From: Candidatus Heimdallarchaeota archaeon
Lineage (GTDB): Archaea; Asgardarchaeota; Heimdallarchaeia; Heimdallarchaeales; Heimdallarchaeaceae
Direction of reading: 5' to 3'
DNA: 64,000 nucleotides
Assembly: GCA_019057375.1 (NCBI GenBank)
Contig: DXJF01000050.1
Location: forward strand, 1-64,000
Shown: piece by piece, positions 9,751 through 18,935 of the stretch
How positions within the stretch are numbered: position 1 is the stretch's first letter
How the letters are laid out: the number at the start of each line of letters is the position of its first letter
Translations under genes and position numbers: made by a program
Notes under the pieces: model-generated
Seen by the model: only the letters and a program-made list of their open reading frames with translations
What the model was told of the DNA's origin: nothing
Database searches by the model: none

Positions 9751-10740
9751 ATGATTAGTATGATGGGTGAAGTAGAGCTACAACCAGAAACAGGTATAAA
9801 GAATACAACCAGAAAACATATTACAAATTCATCTTTGATTTATGTTTTAACAATGATGATAAGTATGTTTATTTATTTACTAGGTAGTGGACCAGCAATC
9901 GTTTATGTCGACATTTCACTTAATCTATTACAAAGCCTAGCATTGATATGGTTAGCATATGGTTTATTTTTATTCCATAAGGAAGAAGAAAACAAAATCA
10001 TATTCTTTACAAGTTTAATAGTTGCTTCAGCAGCCATAGTTCTTCTTGTATCAAAAATATTAGATATTTTTTATTTAGTAGGAGTTTTGGTTAGTTCGGA
10101 TCCATTCAGACGACTACCTGTAGATATCACATTTATTGTTTCAGCTGCAGCTTTCATCTTTGGGTTCTATCTACTCAAAAAAGCTGTTGATGGATATGTG
10201 ATTCAAAGAAGAAATATCTATAGAGGTCAACTTTCGCTGCCGATAGGATTTGCACTATTATTCTTTAATTTTACAGTGGAAGCTATTATTCCTCAAGAAA
10301 CTTATGCGTATTATGTTGCTGAAGAGCTAGTAATTGTAGAAGGATATCAAACTCTTCTCTGGGTTCAATACTTCTTTAGTATGGGGAGTCTTGTCATGGT
10401 TGTGCTAGGTTTCTGGTATCTACGAAGATCTTTTTCAACTTTGGATAAAATCCCTGAAGAGCTATTTCAAAGAATAGAAGAAGCTAAAGCTCAACGGGCT
10501 GAAGCTAGACAACAAGGAGGAGGAATGTTGGGGAGAAGGGGAGGATTATTTGGAGGACTTGCACCACCACCGCCAGTTAAGCCAGTTTCTAAAACACAAG
10601 AACCTATTGAAGAAATATTAATAGAAGATCCTGCTTTGCCAAAGAAGATGTTTTGTGTTAAATGTGGTCTAGAGCTGGATGATGACGCAGCTTTCTGTGG
10701 CGATTGTGGAGAAACTAATCCATATCTAAAGAAGGGTTAG
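9751..10740 (+). CDS. Multi-pass membrane protein with Gly/Pro-rich linker and C-terminal zinc ribbon
   Basis: About 6 TM segments, GGGMLGRRGG/PPPP linker, CVKCG...CGDCG. Confidence 0.75.
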   Translation: MISMMGEVELQPETGIKNTTRKHITNSSLIYVLTMMISMFIYLLGSGPAIVYVDISLNLLQSLALIWLAYGLFLFHKEEENKIIFFTSLIVASAAIVLLVSKILDIFYLVGVLVSSDPFRRLPVDITFIVSAAAFIFGFYLLKKAVDGYVIQRRNIYRGQLSLPIGFALLFFNFTVEAIIPQETYAYYVAEELVIVEGYQTLLWVQYFFSMGSLVMVVLGFWYLRRSFSTLDKIPEELFQRIEEAKAQRAEARQQGGGMLGRRGGLFGGLAPPPPVKPVSKTQEPIEEILIEDPALPKKMFCVKCGLELDDDAAFCGDCGETNPYLKKG

Positions 10741-10744
10741 TAAA

Positions 10745-11464
10745 TTGAGTGATAGAATCGATATAGCCAAACATTTAGTCTACAGTGCTTGGTTATTAAC
10801 AATCGTACAAATGTTGAGAGTAGCAAGTAATTTATTATTTGCAGAATATAGTCTTATTATTGTAGTTATTATAGATGCAGCATTTGATTTTACACTAATA
10901 CTTTTCTCAATAGGTTTGATTAGACTAGGAAAATCATTGAAGAAAATAGAAAAATGGAAACTAGCAAGCATTTTACTTATAGTATCATCAGTTATTGAAA
11001 TTATTGGAATAATTTTGTCATATGTAAGCACAGAAGCTGGATGGAATACAAAACCCTTCATATACTTCAATTTAGTTTTTCTAGTTACTTATTATCTAGT
11101 AATTACTCTTGGGTTTATCTTTCTCAAATTTACATTGGACTCCCTTCACAAAAATGATTATATCCCCCGAAAGGGGCAATGGTATATTCCATTTGGAATT
11201 GTCATTCTATTAGCTCCCTCCATTATTAATTGGTATAATGTTTTAATTTATCCTTCGTCACTAGACTTATGGATCCTAAACCTCTCATTATCGCTTTTCT
11301 TGCTTGCAGCATTTCTAATAATATTGGGTTTCTTTGGTTTAGCATCGATTACGAATATGATCCAGGTGGGAGGATATATAGTTGAAAATCAACATGGAGA
11401 ACCAGAAAACGCAATAAAAACAGAGAAAACTGAAGAACAAGAAAGCAAAATGGAAGGTGAGTAG
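10745..11464 (+). CDS. Multi-pass membrane protein, probable paralog of its neighbours
   Basis: About 6 TM; TLGFIFLK...IPRKGQWYIPFG segment. Confidence 0.72.
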   Translation: MSDRIDIAKHLVYSAWLLTIVQMLRVASNLLFAEYSLIIVVIIDAAFDFTLILFSIGLIRLGKSLKKIEKWKLASILLIVSSVIEIIGIILSYVSTEAGWNTKPFIYFNLVFLVTYYLVITLGFIFLKFTLDSLHKNDYIPRKGQWYIPFGIVILLAPSIINWYNVLIYPSSLDLWILNLSLSLFLLAAFLIILGFFGLASITNMIQVGGYIVENQHGEPENAIKTEKTEEQESKMEGE

Positions 11465-12194
11465 AATTAATCGTCAGCAGCATTCAAAATTCATTCTAAA
11501 TAGTTCAGTGATGGTATTTTTGTTTTATGGGCTTCTTGCCGCGCTTACAGCATTATTCCTAGATACGATTCTGCCTGGATGGATTGATGCACATCTTCTC
11601 TATATTCCAATTGTTCTAGGCTTCATTGGAATGAGCTGGGGAATTTATAACTTGACATACGATCCAGTTGTTAAATGGGAAAAAGGTAAATTCACAGCAT
11701 TTACAATAGTTGGTGGTAGTGCTGCTTTATTCATAGCCCAGTTGGTTTTGATTCTTACACGTTGGATAACAAGTTTAGTTATGGTATACCTAGGTAATGC
11801 CATCTTAATCTTATCTTGTATAACTCTTGCGACAGGTTTCTACTTTTTTTACAAGGATCTTGTCTCAGCATTTATCAGAAAACTTATTCCACGAAATCCT
11901 CTTCCATTGATTTCTATCGCATTTCTTGTTCAAGCAGTTGCATACGGCCTATATTTGGCTAGTTTCATTGTTACGACTAAATTATTAGGTGAAGGTGTTA
12001 CAGATGCAGTTATTACTAACGTCCTAAATTACATAGGAATGGCTATTTCAGGTATTTTTCTTGGTTTCCTTGCTGTAGGTTTTTATCAATTATTTCCTGC
12101 ATTCAGAAATTATCCTAAACTAGCAGATTACCTTGAAGAAAAATATACTTCAAAACCTAAACCTAAACCTAAAACAAAATTAAAATCAAAATAA
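11457..12194 (+). CDS. Multi-pass membrane protein with Lys/Pro tail, probable paralog of its neighbours
   Basis: About 6 TM; ATGFYFF...IPRNPLPLISIA; overlaps upstream gene by 8 bp. Confidence 0.72.
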   Translation: MSRINRQQHSKFILNSSVMVFLFYGLLAALTALFLDTILPGWIDAHLLYIPIVLGFIGMSWGIYNLTYDPVVKWEKGKFTAFTIVGGSAALFIAQLVLILTRWITSLVMVYLGNAILILSCITLATGFYFFYKDLVSAFIRKLIPRNPLPLISIAFLVQAVAYGLYLASFIVTTKLLGEGVTDAVITNVLNYIGMAISGIFLGFLAVGFYQLFPAFRNYPKLADYLEEKYTSKPKPKPKTKLKSK

Positions 12195-13058
12195 CATCCT
12201 AGCAGATTGTATTAGATCATTAATTTTTCTCTCAATTTGACCAGTAGATGATAAAATAGCAAAAGATACTTTGAAAAGAGGTTTTTCTTCTAGATACTCG
12301 ACTAAGAATGAAAGAGTTTTTGCAACATCACTCAAAGATTCTTGAGAAATATCTGGTTTGACACTTGCTAGAAAAGTGATAAAGAGGTCTTTTTTTCTCT
12401 TTGAAATTAAATTTTTAATCATTTTCACTAATCTGTCAATTTGTAATTGATCTAGAGGGTTAAAGATGAATAAAAACGCTTCAGGCATCTCAAATAGGAG
12501 ATTAGCCAAGGAGAGCATATCCCTATTATAGTTTATAAGCATAAACTGACAATTATAAATATCATTTCCAATATTTTTCTGAAAATCAACAGGCTCATAT
12601 CCTCCAGTATAGTCAAAAGAAGGTTGCAATCCTACCCTTGAAAGAAATTCGTTTAATACATATTCTACAACATGATTGTTTCCATATACTGAAATCTTGA
12701 TTTTTGACGAGATTCTCTCTGGAGTATCACTTCGAATTGCTTCACTTCTTTTCTGGATTGATGCTTGAACGACTTGTGAAAAGCCATCTGGAGCTATTCG
12801 TTGATACCATTCGATAAATGATTGTTTAATCTCCTCTATTGCATCATTCACTAGTTCTGGAGTAATATAGAATTTCTTACCTTGTACTGATAATCCATAA
12901 GCCATTGGAAATTTGTTAATGAATCCTGTAAAATCAGCAACATTGATATTGAGTATTGAACAAATTATATCTAATTCCCAAATAGTTTTCTTATCTATAA
13001 GTGAAAGAAAATGCTCAGCTAAAGAGGATTCATCATCTAAACTCATTGTTACAATCAT
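12186..13058 (-). CDS. Hypothetical: N-terminal winged-helix-like + degenerate small-GTPase-like domain
   Basis: KISVYGN at G1 position, AFLFIFNPLD strand, ITFLAS at G4 position; no GKT or NKxD. Confidence 0.5.
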   Translation of the reverse strand: MIVTMSLDDESSLAEHFLSLIDKKTIWELDIICSILNINVADFTGFINKFPMAYGLSVQGKKFYITPELVNDAIEEIKQSFIEWYQRIAPDGFSQVVQASIQKRSEAIRSDTPERISSKIKISVYGNNHVVEYVLNEFLSRVGLQPSFDYTGGYEPVDFQKNIGNDIYNCQFMLINYNRDMLSLANLLFEMPEAFLFIFNPLDQLQIDRLVKMIKNLISKRKKDLFITFLASVKPDISQESLSDVAKTLSFLVEYLEEKPLFKVSFAILSSTGQIERKINDLIQSARMLF

Positions 13059-13162
13059 ATTTTAGTAGTTTAAAATCATTTCTGCTACAAACTATATTTG
13101 TTCTTGCACTAAAGTTTTAAATAACTCATTTAATTGAGTTCCAAATAAGAAGGTGCTAATAT

Positions 13163-14152
13163 TTGTTGTTCGAATTTTTTCCCTGGTGGGCGTATCTTGC
13201 ACTTTTTGCTGCAGGGCTCCTAAGTGGTGCTGTTTCCCCAACATTTGGTATAGGGGGAGGATTATTGAATGTACCAATATTGCTAATTGCCTTTAAATGG
13301 TTGTTATTACCTAAAGTAGACTTTGATGATAATCTTCTTGGAGCTACAGCTACAGCTACTTCTTTGGGAGTAATTATTTTCACTGCACTTAGTGGCTCCA
13401 TTTCCTATATTAGAGAAAAGAGAATAGACTATAGTTTAGCTTTTAGATTTATGATTTTTGCAATACCTGGAGCTATCTCAGGTGCACTGTTTTCACAATG
13501 GTTAAAATCTCAAGATGTCAATAAAGATGTTTTTCAAATTATTTTTGGAGCAACAATGATTGCGATAGCTCTATATAAAATGACGACAATTTTCATAGCT
13601 TGGAATAAGAAGCGAAGAGGGCTAGTAGAGAAAGCTGAAGATTGTTTAGAGGAAGATTGTAATAAGGAACAAATGCAAAGACCTTGGTGGAAAAGAACAG
13701 TTTTTTATAGAAATTTTAAAGATAAAAGGGGAGTTAAGTTCAATTATAGAGCAAGTCTTTTCCCTGGAATCTTCATTGCTGTTATAGGGGGGTTTGTCGG
13801 TGCTACTCTTGGACTCGGTGGTGGAGTAATATATGTTCCAATACTCACTATGGCTTTAGGTGTTCCAGCTGGAGTTGCAACTGCTACATCAACATTTGTA
13901 ATTCTGTTTGCTACTCCTTTTGCAGTTCTCATTAGGTCATTCGATATATTTGGACCTGATACATTCGCTGCTGCATCTATTCAATGGGATATTGTTTTTC
14001 TGATGGCTGCAGGAGCTATCATTACTGCAAATATAGTCCCTAGATTCCTTCATAAAATTAAATCAGAAATAATTCTTGCAGGATTCTGGACATTAGCTAC
14101 ATTCGCAGCTTTTAGAGTTCTACTAAAAGCATTGGATATAATAGACTGGTAG
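13163..14152 (+). CDS. TauE/SafE family sulfite/anion exporter
   Basis: Duplicated GIGGG/GLGGG..VP motifs, ATATS, about 8 TM. Confidence 0.9.
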   Translation: MLFEFFPWWAYLALFAAGLLSGAVSPTFGIGGGLLNVPILLIAFKWLLLPKVDFDDNLLGATATATSLGVIIFTALSGSISYIREKRIDYSLAFRFMIFAIPGAISGALFSQWLKSQDVNKDVFQIIFGATMIAIALYKMTTIFIAWNKKRRGLVEKAEDCLEEDCNKEQMQRPWWKRTVFYRNFKDKRGVKFNYRASLFPGIFIAVIGGFVGATLGLGGGVIYVPILTMALGVPAGVATATSTFVILFATPFAVLIRSFDIFGPDTFAAASIQWDIVFLMAAGAIITANIVPRFLHKIKSEIILAGFWTLATFAAFRVLLKALDIIDW

Positions 14153-14153
14153 G

Positions 14154-15470
14154 TTAATCCCTCAAAATCCTAACTCTATCCCCTTTTTTCATTCTATTTT
14201 TAATCAATTTAGGATGACCATTTTCATCAAACGCAGTTATTAATTGGCACTTAAATTGTTCCTCAATAGCAACCTTTTCCATAGATGCGCCTAGTTCCAG
14301 AATATGAAATGATTTTGAACCAGATCTATAATTTTCTGGTGATTTATGAGAAAGAAACTCATAATTTATTTCTATTAAATCGATTATTTTCTGACTTGCA
14401 TATCCCTTTCCGTATGGAGAGCCAAATGAATTAAATCTTTGTTCAAAATCCTCAGAAAGAACTTGTTTAATTATTTTTATTATTTGGGAAGCTTTCGTTT
14501 TTATCAAAAAATTAATCTCTTGTTCAACAGTTTCTGGTCTTTCTGTATTAGGACGAATTGTTATACATGGTTTTCTTAAAAAAGAAGCTTCTTCCTGTAA
14601 TCCACCTGAATCAGTCAGCACAAATAAACATCTTTCATGTTTCAACAGCTTTAGTAGTGAAGGATATTCAACGGGAGAGTAAAGATGAACTTTTTTATTT
14701 TGACTCAACTGTTGTAGAAGATCATATTCTTCTAGTTTATTCCTTGTTCTTGGATGAATAAGGAGGACAATTGAGTGTTCATTATAACTAACTAATGTTT
14801 TTACTATTTCTTCAAGATTAGTTTTATTTTCAACATTAGCTATTCTATGAAATGTTGTTAAAATATAAGGTTCTTTTATTTCTTCTAATATATTATCAGC
14901 TGAGTCTGTTTTTTTCTCATGAATTAACTCATCTAATATTCTTATAGAATCAATTACTGTGTTTCCTGTATGATAAATTCTTTTAGGATCTATTCCCTCA
15001 TAATTTAAATTAAGGACTGCTCTTTCTGATGGAGCAAACAGTATCGAAGACATATGATCAACCAATCTTCTGTTTATTTCCTCAGGCATTGTAAAATCAT
15101 ATGACCGTAAACCAGCTTCAATATGACCAAAGGGAATTTCATTTTGAATGCAAGCCAAGCTACTAGCTAGTACACTTACTGTGTCTCCTACAGACAGTAC
15201 AATAGAGGGATTCAATTCCAGAATAGTTTCTCCGATTTTTGCAATCATCTCACTAAGTTGTTTATGTGGAATTTTCGTTCTAACGTCTAAATTGATATCA
15301 GGTGTGCGAATATCTAATGAATCAAACATCTCATCTGATAGATTCTTATCATAATGTTGTCCGGTATGGATAATAGTATGCTTAATCTTTCTTTTTTCAA
15401 CCTCTAGGATAACCGGGGCTAATTTGATTATTTCTGGTCTAGTCCCTAGAACAAAAGCAATGGATAGCAT
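14154..15470 (-). CDS. wecB: UDP-N-acetylglucosamine 2-epimerase (non-hydrolysing) with C-terminal extension
   Basis: GTRPEIIK, HTGQHYD, HIEAGLRS, PEEINR, TDSGGLQEEA, RPNTERPE. Confidence 0.95.
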   Translation of the reverse strand: MLSIAFVLGTRPEIIKLAPVILEVEKRKIKHTIIHTGQHYDKNLSDEMFDSLDIRTPDINLDVRTKIPHKQLSEMIAKIGETILELNPSIVLSVGDTVSVLASSLACIQNEIPFGHIEAGLRSYDFTMPEEINRRLVDHMSSILFAPSERAVLNLNYEGIDPKRIYHTGNTVIDSIRILDELIHEKKTDSADNILEEIKEPYILTTFHRIANVENKTNLEEIVKTLVSYNEHSIVLLIHPRTRNKLEEYDLLQQLSQNKKVHLYSPVEYPSLLKLLKHERCLFVLTDSGGLQEEASFLRKPCITIRPNTERPETVEQEINFLIKTKASQIIKIIKQVLSEDFEQRFNSFGSPYGKGYASQKIIDLIEINYEFLSHKSPENYRSGSKSFHILELGASMEKVAIEEQFKCQLITAFDENGHPKLIKNRMKKGDRVRILRD

Positions 15471-15514
15471 TAAAAAAGTATATGATTTTTAGGATATAAG
15501 TTTTAGTGCGTGAA

Positions 15515-16657
15515 TTAAGCAATCAAATAGAAGTTTTTCTCTAGCAGTTTAATCATCTCATCAACTTGTTTTTCTGTTGGCAATTTGTTTGCTTCAAAAT
15601 CAGCCAAGAACTTATCTAATTCTGCGAGAGTTACATTAGCTGATTTATCTAGTCGGTTACCAGAGATTTTTGTTTGAATAATCATGAAGATTTTCTCTCC
15701 AGCATAAAATGAGAGAGTTGATGAAGTAGTTTTAATTTCTTTGAATTCTTCTTTGTCAGTAGTTGCCACATAATCCTGGATGAAATGAAATAGACCAGAA
15801 AGATATCCAGATGCAGCAATGATTTTCTCCTCAAAAGAGATTCTACTTCTTCTAAAAGGAGAATAACCAAGGAGGGGATTACCTTCTTTATCTACGACTA
15901 AGATTGTTTCAATACCATGTGAAACTGATTGACTCTGATAAATCACTAAAAGTAATACTACAACAAATGAGTAAATAATTTCAAAAAAATCAAAAGCGTT
16001 TTCATTCATCCCATTTTCACTTACTTTTCTTCGGACAGTCATTAGAAAGGCTAAACCGATCAGCATCAAAAATACTAGTAGAGTAATATAAGCTTTCCAT
16101 CTTATCCTTCTGTTCTTTGAAATTACTGATAGTTTGACATATCTAATAAAAACTGGAATCAATAACAAAGCACTACAGATCACAATGAACCCAAAAATGA
16201 AACCATAGAATTCCGTAGTTAATTTGTTATATATTAAAATTGTTAGAGTTCCAAAACTGAAAAGAGTGTCTTCCAAAGGTATAACAATGAAATACAGAAC
16301 TAAAATAGTTAAACTTGCTGCAATAATTCGACTTGCTCTTGGCGGTACAATCATTGATTGTTCTAAACTAGCTGCAAGAAGAAATATCATTGCCAAGGCT
16401 TGGGTTATGTTAAGAATACGAAAGAGCAATGTATCATTGCCTACTGGAGGCAATCCATCCTCGATTCTCTGAAACACTCCAAATTGATTATTTAGTGCAT
16501 CCATTACTTGAAATAAACCAAAAGTAATCAGAAAAACAGACCAAGGAATATAGAAGGGATTTTGTCTTCTTCTCCCAAAGAAAATGGCAACTAAAAAGCC
16601 TAAGAATAGAGCTGCTGCTACTACATACTTCAGAGTTATGTACAACGGATCCTGCAT
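15515..16657 (-). CDS. 7TM membrane domain fused to C-terminal longin-like domain
   Basis: Seven hydrophobic helices, then IETILVVDKEGNPLL...ASGYLSGLFHFIQD...FKEIKT...IFMIIQTK. Confidence 0.65.
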   Translation of the reverse strand: MQDPLYITLKYVVAAALFLGFLVAIFFGRRRQNPFYIPWSVFLITFGLFQVMDALNNQFGVFQRIEDGLPPVGNDTLLFRILNITQALAMIFLLAASLEQSMIVPPRASRIIAASLTILVLYFIVIPLEDTLFSFGTLTILIYNKLTTEFYGFIFGFIVICSALLLIPVFIRYVKLSVISKNRRIRWKAYITLLVFLMLIGLAFLMTVRRKVSENGMNENAFDFFEIIYSFVVVLLLVIYQSQSVSHGIETILVVDKEGNPLLGYSPFRRSRISFEEKIIAASGYLSGLFHFIQDYVATTDKEEFKEIKTTSSTLSFYAGEKIFMIIQTKISGNRLDKSANVTLAELDKFLADFEANKLPTEKQVDEMIKLLEKNFYLIA

Positions 16658-16737
16658 TTTGAAACCCCTTTGACCCTTTCCTTTAATATATCTTATTTAC
16701 TTAATTTAAAAAATTTGCTAGCTACACTGCTAGAAAA

Positions 16738-18432
16738 CTATTTTTCATCTTCTTCTATTTGTTCATCTTCGTAAAGTTCGCCTCCCCATACTTTGCTAAC
16801 ACCTTTTTGTTTACGGATATTGAAGAATATGAAGATTGTAGCTAATCCTCCAAACAGAATGGCTAATAACCAGAAACCAAATTGGGATCTTTCAGCTTCT
16901 TTGTTAACATTTAATCTTATGTCGCCTGTATCTGTTATCCAGTTTTTCCCATCAGAAACGGCAACTTTTAGATAGTAAGACCCAGGTTGAAAATCTTGAA
17001 CATCCCAGAAGAAACTTGTTTCGTTAATAAGGTTACTTGCAAGTACTGTCCAATCATATCCATCAGAGGATACCATTACAGAACAATTCAAACAGTCATC
17101 TTCTTCATCTGACATTGACCAACTAATAGTATAATTTTCGAAAACCTGGTTGGGGCTTCTTGGATTTGTGACTTCTATAGAGGGTAAGCTGTTTGAATAT
17201 GTTAATTGAGGTCCTTCTGCCATGAAAACAAGAGCATTGAATACATTTTCACAATTACTTAGGATCCCATCTCCTGAGGGATTGAAGAAATCAAAGTAAT
17301 AACCATTCCAGATGGCTTCATAAACTTCCAAAGTAAAACAAATAATATCGTGATAAAGATAACTATAATCCGCCCATACTCCATTTGCTAGATAACCTCC
17401 AGTTTCATTCCAATATGGATAAAGTGTCAAGGATTTAAGCTGAAACATTAAAGCATTAAATTCGGCTTCGTCTTTTGAAGGTAGAGAACCATTGTAGCCC
17501 CAAGGTGGAATTATTGCTCTAATACCACTGTGAAGGCTTAAAGCAAAATTGAAATAATGTTGCTGCATAAAATCACGAAGAGCTTGAGTCTCATTTTCAC
17601 TGAAGGGTTCTGGTCCTCTATACAGCGGATCAATTTCATCAGGAGAAGAACCTGTTCCATTCCAAAATGCACCATAGTTTCGGTTTAAATCTACACCGCC
17701 TGGTAAATCCTCACCAATTGATAAATCACCATCTAGGTCTACTTGCAGCATTTCTGATATATTTGTAGTATCATTCCAGAAATATATTCGCTCCAGTTCA
17801 TCATCAAGGAAGCCATCTAGATTAGCATCTGTAACATTATCTCCATCATCATCAATAGGTCTAAGGTTTTTTCTTTGTTCTGGATAAAAATGCATGATTG
17901 ATAGACCATCTGGATTGAGCATGGGAATAACATAAATTTCAGTTGAAGACAGTAGATTTTCATACAGACCAAAGCCTGTTTCATAGATGATTTTATCGAT
18001 AAAATACAGACAGTTTTCAACTGAAATTAGCTCCTGAGCATGATGTTCCCCAACAATATAATATTCTGTTTTAGAAGTTGTAATTGTTTCATTAGTTAGC
18101 TTTACACACCAAATTTCTCTTCCATGCCAGGTTTGACCGATTGAAAATAAATCAACGAATTCTGGAAATGTTGAATTAAGGTTAGTCAATTTTGAATATA
18201 ATTCTGTATAATTGTGATAAGGACCTAAGCTATCTCCCCAAAAAACAACATCATCACCATTAATTGCTCCAGGAGCACCTTCTAGCTCCTCCCATATCCA
18301 TCTATAAACAACAGAATCATCGCCTTTTACTCTATGAAAAGCAGAAGCTGAAGAGATCATCTGTGTAAGACTCTGTGAGCTCAGAAACAAAATTATAATA
18401 AAAAATGAATAAGCTTTAACTCTCTTGTTCAT
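16738..18432 (-). CDS. Secreted, membrane-anchored M14 zinc carboxypeptidase
   Basis: Signal peptide, HHAQE, NPDG, RKN, GVDLNRNY, GPEPFSENET, SLHS, C-terminal TM plus basic residues. Confidence 0.92.
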   Translation of the reverse strand: MNKRVKAYSFFIIILFLSSQSLTQMISSASAFHRVKGDDSVVYRWIWEELEGAPGAINGDDVVFWGDSLGPYHNYTELYSKLTNLNSTFPEFVDLFSIGQTWHGREIWCVKLTNETITTSKTEYYIVGEHHAQELISVENCLYFIDKIIYETGFGLYENLLSSTEIYVIPMLNPDGLSIMHFYPEQRKNLRPIDDDGDNVTDANLDGFLDDELERIYFWNDTTNISEMLQVDLDGDLSIGEDLPGGVDLNRNYGAFWNGTGSSPDEIDPLYRGPEPFSENETQALRDFMQQHYFNFALSLHSGIRAIIPPWGYNGSLPSKDEAEFNALMFQLKSLTLYPYWNETGGYLANGVWADYSYLYHDIICFTLEVYEAIWNGYYFDFFNPSGDGILSNCENVFNALVFMAEGPQLTYSNSLPSIEVTNPRSPNQVFENYTISWSMSDEEDDCLNCSVMVSSDGYDWTVLASNLINETSFFWDVQDFQPGSYYLKVAVSDGKNWITDTGDIRLNVNKEAERSQFGFWLLAILFGGLATIFIFFNIRKQKGVSKVWGGELYEDEQIEEDEK

Positions 18433-18473
18433 TATTCTGAAATGAACTTTGGACTTTATTAATTTCTCTGTTC
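18369..18473 (+). repeat. 105-bp direct repeat, copy A (5' end and upstream region of M14 gene)
   Basis: Manual ungapped alignment to 21671..21775: 92/105 identical. Confidence 0.9.
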
Positions 18474-18779
18474 ATATTTGAACCAGAAAACTATTGTTTC
18501 TTTACTAAGACTGCCTATGGTAGTTATTGCACTCTCGGTGATATTTACCAAATCATCTATTCCATCGAACTCTAGAGCATTACCAAACACCCCCGAAGTC
18601 CAAGTAGCACCTGTAATAGTTCCATTGAACTCATTTATTGTTTCTTCTGCTACTGTTCCGCTTGTACTATTCAGACTCCAGTAAGCAACTAGTCTAGAAG
18701 CATCATTGGAGCTTACTGTCTGTACAGCAAAACTACTGATAATGAGAATTGCTAGGATGATCAGTTTGTTTCTATACAT
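18459..18779 (-). pseudogene. Truncated LamG/ConA-like surface protein (5' fragment)
   Basis: Signal peptide, LVAYWSLN, GVFGNALEFDGIDDLV, TIVFWFK, then a stop inside repeat copy A. Confidence 0.75.
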
Positions 18780-18935
18780 TTCTTTACCTCTAAAATGAAC
18801 TCTATCTTGAGATAAATAAAAGAGGTATTCGTATTTTACTGAATTCAAATTCTTTTACTTCGTATTTTCTCTTTTTCATTCAAAATCCAAAAAAGTTTAT
18901 ATGTTACATTTTTTATATCTTAAGCTTGGTGTATA

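Noticed and set aside
12151-12175. AAACCT x3 microrepeat
   Set aside because: Simply encodes a KPKPKP tail; too short to imply phase variation
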